Assembly (NCBI GenBank): GCA_013695335.1
Contig: JACDAR010000157.1
Coordinates: 1 to 50,246, forward strand
Direction: 5' to 3'
DNA: 50,246 nt
Origin: Rubrobacter sp.
Lineage (GTDB): Bacteria; Actinomycetota; Rubrobacteria; Rubrobacterales; Rubrobacteraceae
The position numbers and the translations under genes are program-made. The notes beneath the pieces were generated by a model. The model made no database searches. It was not told the origin of the DNA and worked only from the letters and a program-made list of their open reading frames with translations. Positions 18,720 to 26,287 of this stretch are shown here, piece after piece. How positions within the stretch are numbered: the stretch's first letter is position 1; each line of letters begins with the position of its first letter.

Positions 18720-18874
18720 GGTAACGGGTGTCCAGCAGATCACACCCCAACGTATACGTGCAACAGTCAGCGTAGCCACAACAAGTGGCCTTGTGGGGTG
18801 CGCGCTCATGTACTCAAGCGTACAATACCCGAAGGGCGAATAGCAGCGAGCTTAGCAAATCGAAGGGAGGCTCC

Positions 18875-19333
18875 ATGAGCGAAGCCGCCAGCACGGAGTT
18901 CACTACCGAGGAGCTTTTGTTACAGGCCCAGGGAAATGCGGCGGCCTTTGTCCTCACTACGATCTCTTACTTGAAGGAGCGTGGCCTGACAGTAGAAGAC
19001 TTCGTAGAGTTTTTCGGAAGCCAGTTTGCGCCCGGCTGGGACGAGCTACGTGGACAGCCGGTCTTGGACATCGCGCGGACGGTAGCCATGAACGCGGTCT
19101 CAGTAGGCTGTACGTTGGGCTCGCTCTCGGGAGATGACGCGCGCGTCGAGTTGCTCATAAGGGGGTGGCCGGCGGCGGAAGATATCTCACGTATCCTGGG
19201 GTTGAAGCGAAACGCTGGCGACGCCATGTGGGACAGTTTCCATCCCATTATGGAGCGCATTGGCATTCACTACGCCTGGCGACGCGAGGATGGTACGGTG
19301 AAACTAATCTTCGAACACGAAAGCACAGAGTAA
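18875..19333 (+). CDS. Hypothetical cytoplasmic protein (152 aa), the only plus-strand CDS in the window
   Basis: ATG at 18875 is preceded by AAGGGAGG with a 5-nt spacer. I prefer it over the 18785 track start. I recognise no family motifs, TM helix or signal peptide. Confidence 0.55.
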   Translation: MSEAASTEFTTEELLLQAQGNAAAFVLTTISYLKERGLTVEDFVEFFGSQFAPGWDELRGQPVLDIARTVAMNAVSVGCTLGSLSGDDARVELLIRGWPAAEDISRILGLKRNAGDAMWDSFHPIMERIGIHYAWRREDGTVKLIFEHESTE

Positions 19334-19336
19334 CAG

Positions 19337-19358
19337 GCGTTCACACACGCTTGAACGC
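19337..19358. terminator. Hairpin between the convergent genes (orphan plus-strand gene and ispG); no U tract
   Basis: GCGTTCA-cacacgct-TGAACGC: 7-bp stem, 8-nt loop, starting 3 nt after the TAA of the plus-strand gene. Confidence 0.3.
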
Positions 19359-19365
19359 GCTCCAG

Positions 19366-19397
19366 ATCGGTTGACCCAACAAATCGGTTCCCAACAA
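19366..19397. repeat. Tandem direct repeat ATCGGTT[GA]CCCAACAA x2
   Basis: 19366-19382 is ATCGGTTGACCCAACAA. It is immediately followed by ATCGGTTCCCAACAA at 19383-19397, which is identical apart from a 2-nt deletion. Confidence 0.6.
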
Positions 19398-19431
19398 ATA
19401 ATGGCCAGATGCCTGAACCTGACGACTGTTA

Positions 19432-20505
19432 CTACTTCCAGCCGTCCCTGGTTATCTCCTCGAAGAGGGCGTCGTAGATCTCGTCGCGGCCGACTTTTCT
19501 GAGCGGCTGGCCTTTGGAGAAGATCACACCGTCGTCCTTGCCCCCGGCCACGCCGTAATCCGCGTCGCGGGCCTCGCCGGGGCCGTTGACTATGCAGCCC
19601 ATCACGGCGACCGTGAAATGGTCCTCGTAGTGCTTGAGTCCCTCTTCGACCTGGGCGGCCATCCCGATCACGTCGAAGCCCAGCGTGCGGGCGCAGCTCG
19701 GGCAGGCGATCACGTTCGGTCCGCGATGCCTGAGGTCGAGACACGAGAGGATGTGGTAAGCGACAGGTATCTCCTCCACCGGATCCTCAGCCAGCGAGAT
19801 GCGAATGGTATCCCCGATGCCATACGGAAGGAGCTGTCCCAATGCCGCCGCGCTCTTGATAGAGCCAGGTAGTTTCGTTCCGGCCTCTGTGACGCCGAGG
19901 TGCAGCGGGGCGTCGGAATGCTCGCGGAATTTCCTGTTCGCCTCGACCATCTCGGGTACGTGGCTGGCCTTGAGGGAGACCTTGAAGTTGGTGAAGCCCA
20001 TGTCCTCGGCGATCTCGACCTTGTGCAGCGCGCTCGCCACGAGCGCCTCGTGCTTGGGCAGGTTCCAGAAACGCTTCTCCACGGAGCCGGAGTTCACGCC
20101 GATGCGCATGGCGACGCCGGTCTCCCTGCACTTCTCGATGACCTGCTGGTAACGGGCGTCTGTGCCGATGTTGCCAGGGTTGATGCGCACGCACGCGGCC
20201 CCGGCTTCGGCTGCGCCGAGCGCCATGCGGTAGTCGAAGTGGATGTCGGCGATCAGGGGCACGGGGCTGCGCCACACTACCTCTTTGAAACCCTTGAGCG
20301 CCTTCGAGCCGTTCACCGAGACGCGCACGAGGTCTGCCCCGGCTGCGTTCAGGTCGTACACCTGTTGAACCGTCGCCTCGACATCGTGGGTCGGGGTGTT
20401 TGTCATCGACTGAACGGCTACCTGAGCTCCGCCGCCAATCGGCACGTCGCCCACCATGATCTGGCGGCTCGTCACCGGACGTTCCTGTATCGTTGCCTCT
20501 GTCAT
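19432..20505 (-). CDS. ispG: 4-hydroxy-3-methylbut-2-enyl diphosphate synthase (IspG/GcpE)
   Basis: 357 aa, VAVQSMTNT, a TIM-barrel region and the C-terminal 4Fe-4S cysteines (ACPSCAR...GCIVNGPGE). Confidence 0.95.
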   Translation of the reverse strand: MTEATIQERPVTSRQIMVGDVPIGGGAQVAVQSMTNTPTHDVEATVQQVYDLNAAGADLVRVSVNGSKALKGFKEVVWRSPVPLIADIHFDYRMALGAAEAGAACVRINPGNIGTDARYQQVIEKCRETGVAMRIGVNSGSVEKRFWNLPKHEALVASALHKVEIAEDMGFTNFKVSLKASHVPEMVEANRKFREHSDAPLHLGVTEAGTKLPGSIKSAAALGQLLPYGIGDTIRISLAEDPVEEIPVAYHILSCLDLRHRGPNVIACPSCARTLGFDVIGMAAQVEEGLKHYEDHFTVAVMGCIVNGPGEARDADYGVAGGKDDGVIFSKGQPLRKVGRDEIYDALFEEITRDGWK

Positions 20506-20545
20506 CTGTGCCAGATCCCTCCGAAGCTTTCTATGTAGTTAGAGT

Positions 20546-21613
20546 CTACTCTCGGATGAACGGTTGTCCCGTAAAGAGTTTACTAAGGTCTGCGTAAGTT
20601 GCGAACAGGAACAACGCTAGGACCAGCGCTATCCCGAACGCCGCAACTTTCCCCATAGTCTCGGGCTTCACCGGACGCCCCATAACCTTCTCAGCCCCGA
20701 TGAACAGCAGATGCCCGCCGTCCAGCGGCAAAAGCGGCAACAGGTTGAACAGGGCAAGGTTGAGGCTGATGAGCGCCAGTAATTGCGGGAAGAAACCCTG
20801 GCGCACGGACTCGCTGCCGACAGCGGCGATGCCAACGGGACCGGAGACGTTCTTCTGCAAGCTACGCTCTCCGGTCACCAGATCCCCGACGAACCCGCCG
20901 AGAAGACCAGTTATCTTCACCACCTGCTTCACGGCGAGCCCCGTGGATTCTATCGGCCCGAAGGTCTTCTTGATCGGCACTGGCTGCACGCCCACGAGCG
21001 CCCGGCTCTTGTCGTTCGGGTCGGAGCCCAGCTCACCCGAGAAAGTCTTCTCTGCTCCATCCCGCCTCACAACTACCTCGACCGGGTCTCCTGGCTTGCG
21101 GTGGCCCACGACTTTCTGGAACTCCCGCCACTTCCCGACGCGTTGTCCGGCCACGGAGACCACCTGATCCCCTGGCTGTATTCCAGCCTCGGCGGCGAAG
21201 GATTTGGGGATGACCTTGTCCACTTCCGTCGTCGCGCCAGTGATGATCCCCGAGAACATGAACACGCCAGCAAGAATCAGTACGGCCGCCACGAGGTTGG
21301 CGAATGGACCGGCGAAGATTATGAGCGCCCGCCGCCACGGCGCTTTCGCCGGGTACGTGTCCGGCCCGAGGTCGCTCCTGTCAACCCCGACGCTCGTCAT
21401 GCCCTCCATCCCGGCGAGTTTGGCGAAGCCGCCGAGCAGGATGATGCGCAACGAGTACACGGTCTTCCCTATCTTCTTCTTGAAGATGGCAGGTCCGAAG
21501 CCGACGCCGAATTCGGGGACGCGGACGCCGAGGGCTTTGGCCGTGAGCATGTGCCCGAGCTCGTGGATAACGATCAGGAGTATCAGGCCGAGTATGGCAA
21601 CGATGACCGTCAT
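20546..21613 (-). CDS. rseP: M50 site-2 protease (RseP/RasP family)
   Basis: HELGH motif near the N-terminus (VIHELGHMLTAKALG), a central PDZ domain and C-terminal TM helices with NLLPLLPLDGGH. Confidence 0.9.
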   Translation of the reverse strand: MTVIVAILGLILLIVIHELGHMLTAKALGVRVPEFGVGFGPAIFKKKIGKTVYSLRIILLGGFAKLAGMEGMTSVGVDRSDLGPDTYPAKAPWRRALIIFAGPFANLVAAVLILAGVFMFSGIITGATTEVDKVIPKSFAAEAGIQPGDQVVSVAGQRVGKWREFQKVVGHRKPGDPVEVVVRRDGAEKTFSGELGSDPNDKSRALVGVQPVPIKKTFGPIESTGLAVKQVVKITGLLGGFVGDLVTGERSLQKNVSGPVGIAAVGSESVRQGFFPQLLALISLNLALFNLLPLLPLDGGHLLFIGAEKVMGRPVKPETMGKVAAFGIALVLALFLFATYADLSKLFTGQPFIRE

Positions 21614-22749
21614 CGCGCCGCGACCTCCGCTGTCAATCTCTCAGCCTCACCACGGGACCAGCGGTCCACTGCCTCTATGGCCTCCATGCTGTCCATGTTT
21701 CCTTCCTGCGTGACACGTTCGAGGACATCCTCGATAACGCCTGCGATCCGGGGAAAGTTTATCCTGCGGTCAAGAAACGCCTGCACGGCGACCTCATTGG
21801 CGGCGTTCAACGCGATGGGATGCGCTCCGCCCGCACGACCGGCTTCCACCGCGAGCGGCAGGCACCGGAACACATCGCTCCTTGGTTCCTGGAACGTCCA
21901 CGACGCATCGCCGAATCCCACCCGCTTCGCCCCCACGTCCACGCGCTCCGGATACGACATCCCCCAGGCTATCGGAATCCGCATGTCGGGCAAAGCAGCG
22001 TGCAGTATGGCGGAGCCATCCGTGAGCAGCACGCCCCCATGCACCACCGACTGGCGGTGGATCACGACCTTCACATCGTCGTAAGAAACTCCAAACAGAT
22101 GGTGCGCCTCGATGACTTCGAGACCCTTGTTCATCATGGTGGCTGAGTCGATGGTGATCTTACGCCCCATCTCCCAAGTCGGGTGCTTGAGCGCGTCCTC
22201 GGGCCCCGCAGCATCCAGCCGCTCCGCCTCGAACTCGTAGAACGGCCCCCCCGAAGCCGTCAGCAGGATCTCCGATACCTCGCCTTCCCGCCCCTCCAGA
22301 CACTGGTAGATCGCCGAATGCTCGGAGTCCACGGGTATTATATGGTTGTCGCCTGCGAGGGTGTTCACCCAGTCTCCCCCCGCAACCAGCGACTCTTTGT
22401 TGGCGAGGGCGAGGCGATTTCCCGCCTTCAATGCCGCCACGGTGGCAGCGAGGCCGGCAAACCCGACTATGCCGTTGAGGACTATGTCCGCTGGAACTTC
22501 GGCCAGGTTGCGAGCTGAGCCTGGGCCGGTGATGACTTCGGCTTTCGTGTCTCCGAGCGCGGAAGATTCGCCGTTTTCCAGGGCGACGTAGTCGGAATGG
22601 AATTCGGTGGCCTGTTGCTGGAGCAGGTTCGCGTTCGAGCTGGCTGAGAGGCCGACTATCTCGAAGAGATCCGGATGCGCCCGCACGACATCGAGGGCCT
22701 GACGGCCGATGCTGCCTGTGGAGCCAAGGATGGTGACGCGGCGCGTCAC
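21610..22749 (-). CDS. dxr: 1-deoxy-D-xylulose 5-phosphate reductoisomerase
   Basis: GSTGSIG NADPH-binding motif, LANKESLV, PVDSEHSAI. Confidence 0.95.
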   Translation of the reverse strand: MTRRVTILGSTGSIGRQALDVVRAHPDLFEIVGLSASSNANLLQQQATEFHSDYVALENGESSALGDTKAEVITGPGSARNLAEVPADIVLNGIVGFAGLAATVAALKAGNRLALANKESLVAGGDWVNTLAGDNHIIPVDSEHSAIYQCLEGREGEVSEILLTASGGPFYEFEAERLDAAGPEDALKHPTWEMGRKITIDSATMMNKGLEVIEAHHLFGVSYDDVKVVIHRQSVVHGGVLLTDGSAILHAALPDMRIPIAWGMSYPERVDVGAKRVGFGDASWTFQEPRSDVFRCLPLAVEAGRAGGAHPIALNAANEVAVQAFLDRRINFPRIAGVIEDVLERVTQEGNMDSMEAIEAVDRWSRGEAERLTAEVAAR

Positions 22750-22774
22750 GGGTGGGTGTTTTCGGTGGGCAATC

Positions 22775-23545
22775 TCATATAAAGAGGAGTACGTAGTATA
22801 CAGCGGGCGCGGTAAACAGGAGGCTGTCTATGCGGTCGAGGATGCCGCCGTGGCCGGGGAGCAGGGTGCCGAGATCCTTGATATCCAGGATGCGTTTCAG
22901 GATGGACTCGAAAAGGTCTCCAGTCTGGGAGAAAAAGGAGATCGCGATGCCCGCGAGCGCGGCGCCTGGTATAGAAAAGGCGAGAAACTGGTGGGCGATC
23001 CAACCGACTACAAGCATAGTCATCAAAAGCCCCCCGATGGCGCCCTCGACTGTCTTGTTCGGGCTGAGGGTCGGGAAAAGCGGGTGCCGTCCCGCCAGAC
23101 GGCCAGCGAAATACGCGCCGGAATCGGAGATCCAGGGTCCAGTAACCACCACGAGGGCGAGGACTACGCGATCCGAGGACCCGGAGATCAAACCGAGGTG
23201 GGCGAGCGAAGCCCCAACCCAGATGGACATCAGCAGGATGGCCAGCAGCGCCCTTAGCGTGCGCGTCTGGGGCAAGCCCGTCAGCCAGAACAAAGCCCAC
23301 GGCAGCGAGAAGCAAACCCCGGCCATGATCCCGGTGACCTCGTAGGGGATGGAGAGGAGCACAGGGAACGCGCCCGCACCGAGCGCCGCAAGAAACGGCA
23401 GCGGCTTGAGGGCGCGGGAAAGTTCGTATGCGGCGATGCCCACGACGACCAGGATCAGGGCGTAGACGGCGAGTGGACCGACGATGATCGCCCCGAGAAC
23501 GATCGGGGCCAGAGCCAGGGCGGTGACGGTGCGCCACTGGAGCAA
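22775..23545 (-). CDS. cdsA: Phosphatidate cytidylyltransferase
   Basis: Polytopic membrane protein with the CDS signature SILKRILDIKDLGTLLPGHGGILDRIDS. Confidence 0.9.
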   Translation of the reverse strand: MLQWRTVTALALAPIVLGAIIVGPLAVYALILVVVGIAAYELSRALKPLPFLAALGAGAFPVLLSIPYEVTGIMAGVCFSLPWALFWLTGLPQTRTLRALLAILLMSIWVGASLAHLGLISGSSDRVVLALVVVTGPWISDSGAYFAGRLAGRHPLFPTLSPNKTVEGAIGGLLMTMLVVGWIAHQFLAFSIPGAALAGIAISFFSQTGDLFESILKRILDIKDLGTLLPGHGGILDRIDSLLFTAPAVYYVLLFI

Positions 23546-23556
23546 ATCTGGCGCTC

Positions 23557-24297
23557 CTACACGCCGCCGCGGCGCCTGGACCGGGCTGCGAACGACTCGA
23601 TGGCCCGCCGGAACTCGTCGGTGGAGAAGTCGGGCCAGAGCGTTTCCGTGACGTAGAACTCGGCGTAGGCTATCTGCCAGAGCAGGAAATTGGAGACCCG
23701 AAGCTCGCCGCTCGTCCGGATCACCAGGTCAACCTCGGGGGCTTCGGGGGCATACAGGTATCGGGCGAACGTCTCCTCATCCACGTCTTCCGGGTCGAGG
23801 CCCGCTGAGATCATACGCCGCGCCGCATCCACTATCTCGCTGCGCCCACCGTAATTCAGGGCGACGTACACGTCGAGCTTGTCGTTGGCGGCGGTGAGCG
23901 CCTCAGCCTCCCTGATGGCTGCCTGCACGGATTCAGGCAGCTTCTCCCTACGCCCCAGGAACCTCAGCCTGGCGCCGCGCTCGTTCAACTCTGGAACTTT
24001 GCCCTTCGCGGTTTCGAGAAACAGCGACATCAGGGTGCTTACTTCGGTCTCCGGTCGCGCCCAGTTCTCGGTTGAGAAGGCGTACAGGGTGAGCGTCTCG
24101 ACGCCGAGCTCTCCTGCCGTCTCCAGGAGAGGGGTGAGAACCCTGACGCCCGCGCGATGGCCTGCGGCACGGGGCAGCCATCGGGCCTTCGCCCATCGCC
24201 CGTTGCCGTCCATGATGACCGCAACGTGGCGCGGCGTGCGCCGGGCTTCTATGGGGGTGAGCACACGCTCGTGCCGCCCCGCCGGACGTTCTCGCAC
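23557..24297 (-). CDS. uppS: Undecaprenyl (isoprenyl) diphosphate synthase
   Basis: HVAVIMDGNGRWA, FSTENWARP, RTSGELRVSNFLLWQ. Confidence 0.95.
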   Translation of the reverse strand: MRERPAGRHERVLTPIEARRTPRHVAVIMDGNGRWAKARWLPRAAGHRAGVRVLTPLLETAGELGVETLTLYAFSTENWARPETEVSTLMSLFLETAKGKVPELNERGARLRFLGRREKLPESVQAAIREAEALTAANDKLDVYVALNYGGRSEIVDAARRMISAGLDPEDVDEETFARYLYAPEAPEVDLVIRTSGELRVSNFLLWQIAYAEFYVTETLWPDFSTDEFRRAIESFAARSRRRGGV

Positions 24298-24309
24298 AGG
24301 TTCCAGGGC

Positions 24310-24867
24310 TCAGACCTCCAGAAGCTCGGATTCTTTTTCCGAAAGGGCGGAGTCTATGCGTTTGACGTACCTGTCAGTGAGATTCTGCAGCTCGGCCTCG
24401 GCCCTGTGCTCGTCGTCTTCGGAGACCTCGCCCATCTTCTTCAGCTCGTGTACGTCCCGCATCTCGTCGCGCCGCACGTTGCGAACCGCGACCCGCCCCT
24501 CTTCGGACATGCTCCTGGCAAGACGGATCAACTCCCTACGGCGTTCCTCAGTCAGCTCTGGGATGGGGAGGCGCAGGATCTTGCCGTCGTTCTGCGGGTT
24601 CAGCCCGATGTCCGAGTTGATTATTGCGCGCTCGATGTCCTTCAAGGAGTTTGGGTCGAACGGCGTGACGGTCAGCAGCCTCGGCTCCGGGGCTCCGATG
24701 TTGGCCACGCTCCGAAGCGCCATGCGCGTGCCGTAGGCTTCAACCTCGATGCGGTCGAGGATCGCCGGGTTCGCCCTCCCCGTGCGGATGCTCCCAAACT
24801 CCCGCCGCACGGAGTCAACGGCGCCACGCATCCGGCTCTCGGCATCCGTAAGGTCGATGTTCTCCAT
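24310..24867 (-). CDS. frr: Ribosome recycling factor
   Basis: The track ORF (to 25017) carries a 50-aa unlikely extension overlapping pyrH. The ATG at 24867 gives the canonical 185-aa RRF (MENIDLTDAESRMRGAVDSVRREFGSIRTGRANP) and starts 2 nt after the pyrH stop. Confidence 0.95.
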   Translation of the reverse strand: MENIDLTDAESRMRGAVDSVRREFGSIRTGRANPAILDRIEVEAYGTRMALRSVANIGAPEPRLLTVTPFDPNSLKDIERAIINSDIGLNPQNDGKILRLPIPELTEERRRELIRLARSMSEEGRVAVRNVRRDEMRDVHELKKMGEVSEDDEHRAEAELQNLTDRYVKRIDSALSEKESELLEV

Positions 24868-24869
24868 CT

Positions 24870-25688
24870 CTATGCTCCTTCGCCCCCCGCTTTGCCCCTC
24901 GGCCTGCCGTCCACGCTCCAGACTAGTGACCCCACCTGTTCGCCCCGCAATATCTTGACAAGGTTGCCGCGCTTCAGTATATCGAAAACGACTATGGGAA
25001 GGTTCTCCCCGCTGCACAGGGTCGCTGCAGTGTGATCCATGACCGAGAGGTTTTGTGACAGCAGATCCATATAATTCAGGCGCCGCACACGAACCGCATC
25101 TTTGTGGACCCTTGGATCCTTGTCATATATGCCGTCCACGCGGTTCTTCGCCATCAGGAGCGCGTCAGCCCCGATCTCCAGCGCGCGCAATGCCGCGCCG
25201 GTATCCGTGGTGAAGAAAGGATTACCCGTGCCGGAGGCGAAGATTACAACGCGGCCTTTCTCCAGGTGACGGATCGCACGCCGCCGGATGTACGCCTCGG
25301 CGACCTCCTGTATCTGAATGGCGGATTGCACCCGCGTCTCGACGCCGCGCCTTTCCAGTGCCGCCTGCAATGCCATCGCGTTGATGACGGTCCCGAGCAT
25401 CGCCATGTAGTCTGCTGTCGCGCTCTCGATGCCGAGCTCGTCCGCGACCTGTGAGCCCCGGAACACGTTTCCGCCGCCGACTACCACCGCGAGTTCCGCG
25501 CCGGCCTCCACGGCCTCCATCACGCCCGTTGCTGTGGCGTCCAGGCTCTCGGGGCTAATGCCGTAGCCGTGCTCCCCGGCAAGGCTCTCGCCGGAGATCT
25601 TGAGTACGACGCGCCTGACGCTCCCAAGATCGGGGGTCACGTCAGCCGCGTCTCGGTCGTCGTGGTTGCCGGAGCGGAGGTTGTCCAC
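24870..25688 (-). CDS. pyrH: Uridylate kinase
   Basis: VLKISGESL, VVGGGN, GTGNPFFTTDT motifs. The N-terminal extension of about 25 aa makes the start uncertain. Confidence 0.93.
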   Translation of the reverse strand: MDNLRSGNHDDRDAADVTPDLGSVRRVVLKISGESLAGEHGYGISPESLDATATGVMEAVEAGAELAVVVGGGNVFRGSQVADELGIESATADYMAMLGTVINAMALQAALERRGVETRVQSAIQIQEVAEAYIRRRAIRHLEKGRVVIFASGTGNPFFTTDTGAALRALEIGADALLMAKNRVDGIYDKDPRVHKDAVRVRRLNYMDLLSQNLSVMDHTAATLCSGENLPIVVFDILKRGNLVKILRGEQVGSLVWSVDGRPRGKAGGEGA

Positions 25689-25695
25689 GGTCGCG

Positions 25696-26283
25696 TTAGA
25701 GCGAGTAGCGGACGAAACGCCGGATAACGACGTTCTCGCCGACTTTCTGGATGGTATCCTGCAAAAGCTCCCCGACGGTCTTGTCCGGGTCCTTGACGTA
25801 CTCCTGGGTGAGAAGCGCCCGCTCGGAGATCCACTTCTTCATACGGCCATCGACGATCTTCGCCGTCACGTTCTCGGGCTTGCCCATCTCGGCAGCCTGC
25901 TTCTCGAACATGGAACGCTCGTCGGCCATCGCATCCTCTGGGATGTCCTCAGGCGCGACCGTGAGGGGATCGCTGGATGCAACGTGCAAAGCCACGTTGC
26001 GGGCGAACTCCTTGAACTCAGGAGTGCGGGCCACGAAGTCCGTCTCGCAGTTCACCTCGATGAGAACCCCGATACGTCCGTTGAAGTGGACGTAGGATTC
26101 GATCAAACCCTCATTCGCTGCCCGAGAGCTCTTCTTTGCCGCTATGGTCTGTCCCCGCTCCTTGAGAACCCGGCGCGCGCCTTCGAGGTCGCCATCGGAC
26201 TCGTCAAGAGCCCGCTTCACGTCCATCATACCCGCCGCCGTCTCCTCGCGGAGCTGCTTGATCTTCTCTATTGCGCTTGCCAA
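25696..26283 (-). CDS. tsf: Elongation factor Ts (short form, 195 aa)
   Basis: IKQLREETAAGMMDVKRAL UBA-like N-terminus. The track start (26448) overlaps rpsB in another frame. The TTG at 26283 is the first start after the rpsB stop, with GAGGAG 9 nt upstream. Exact start is uncertain. Confidence 0.9.
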   Translation of the reverse strand: MASAIEKIKQLREETAAGMMDVKRALDESDGDLEGARRVLKERGQTIAAKKSSRAANEGLIESYVHFNGRIGVLIEVNCETDFVARTPEFKEFARNVALHVASSDPLTVAPEDIPEDAMADERSMFEKQAAEMGKPENVTAKIVDGRMKKWISERALLTQEYVKDPDKTVGELLQDTIQKVGENVVIRRFVRYSL

Positions 26284-26287
26284 AACC

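Noticed and set aside
22746-23537. 263-aa minus-strand ORF almost co-extensive with cdsA in another frame
   Set aside because: The translation is Arg/Pro/Gly-rich with no motifs, whereas the cdsA frame carries the full CDP-diglyceride synthase signature. It is a same-strand frame shadow.
24868-25017. N-terminal extensions in the ORF track for frr (to 25017), tsf (to 26448), rimM (to 35119), rpsP (to 35325), ffh (to 36706), acpP (to 44253), fabZ (to 45644) and comM (to 32269)
   Set aside because: Each extension overlaps the upstream gene in another frame and lacks conservation-like sequence. In each case it precedes an internal start that reproduces the canonical family N-terminus, usually with an SD.
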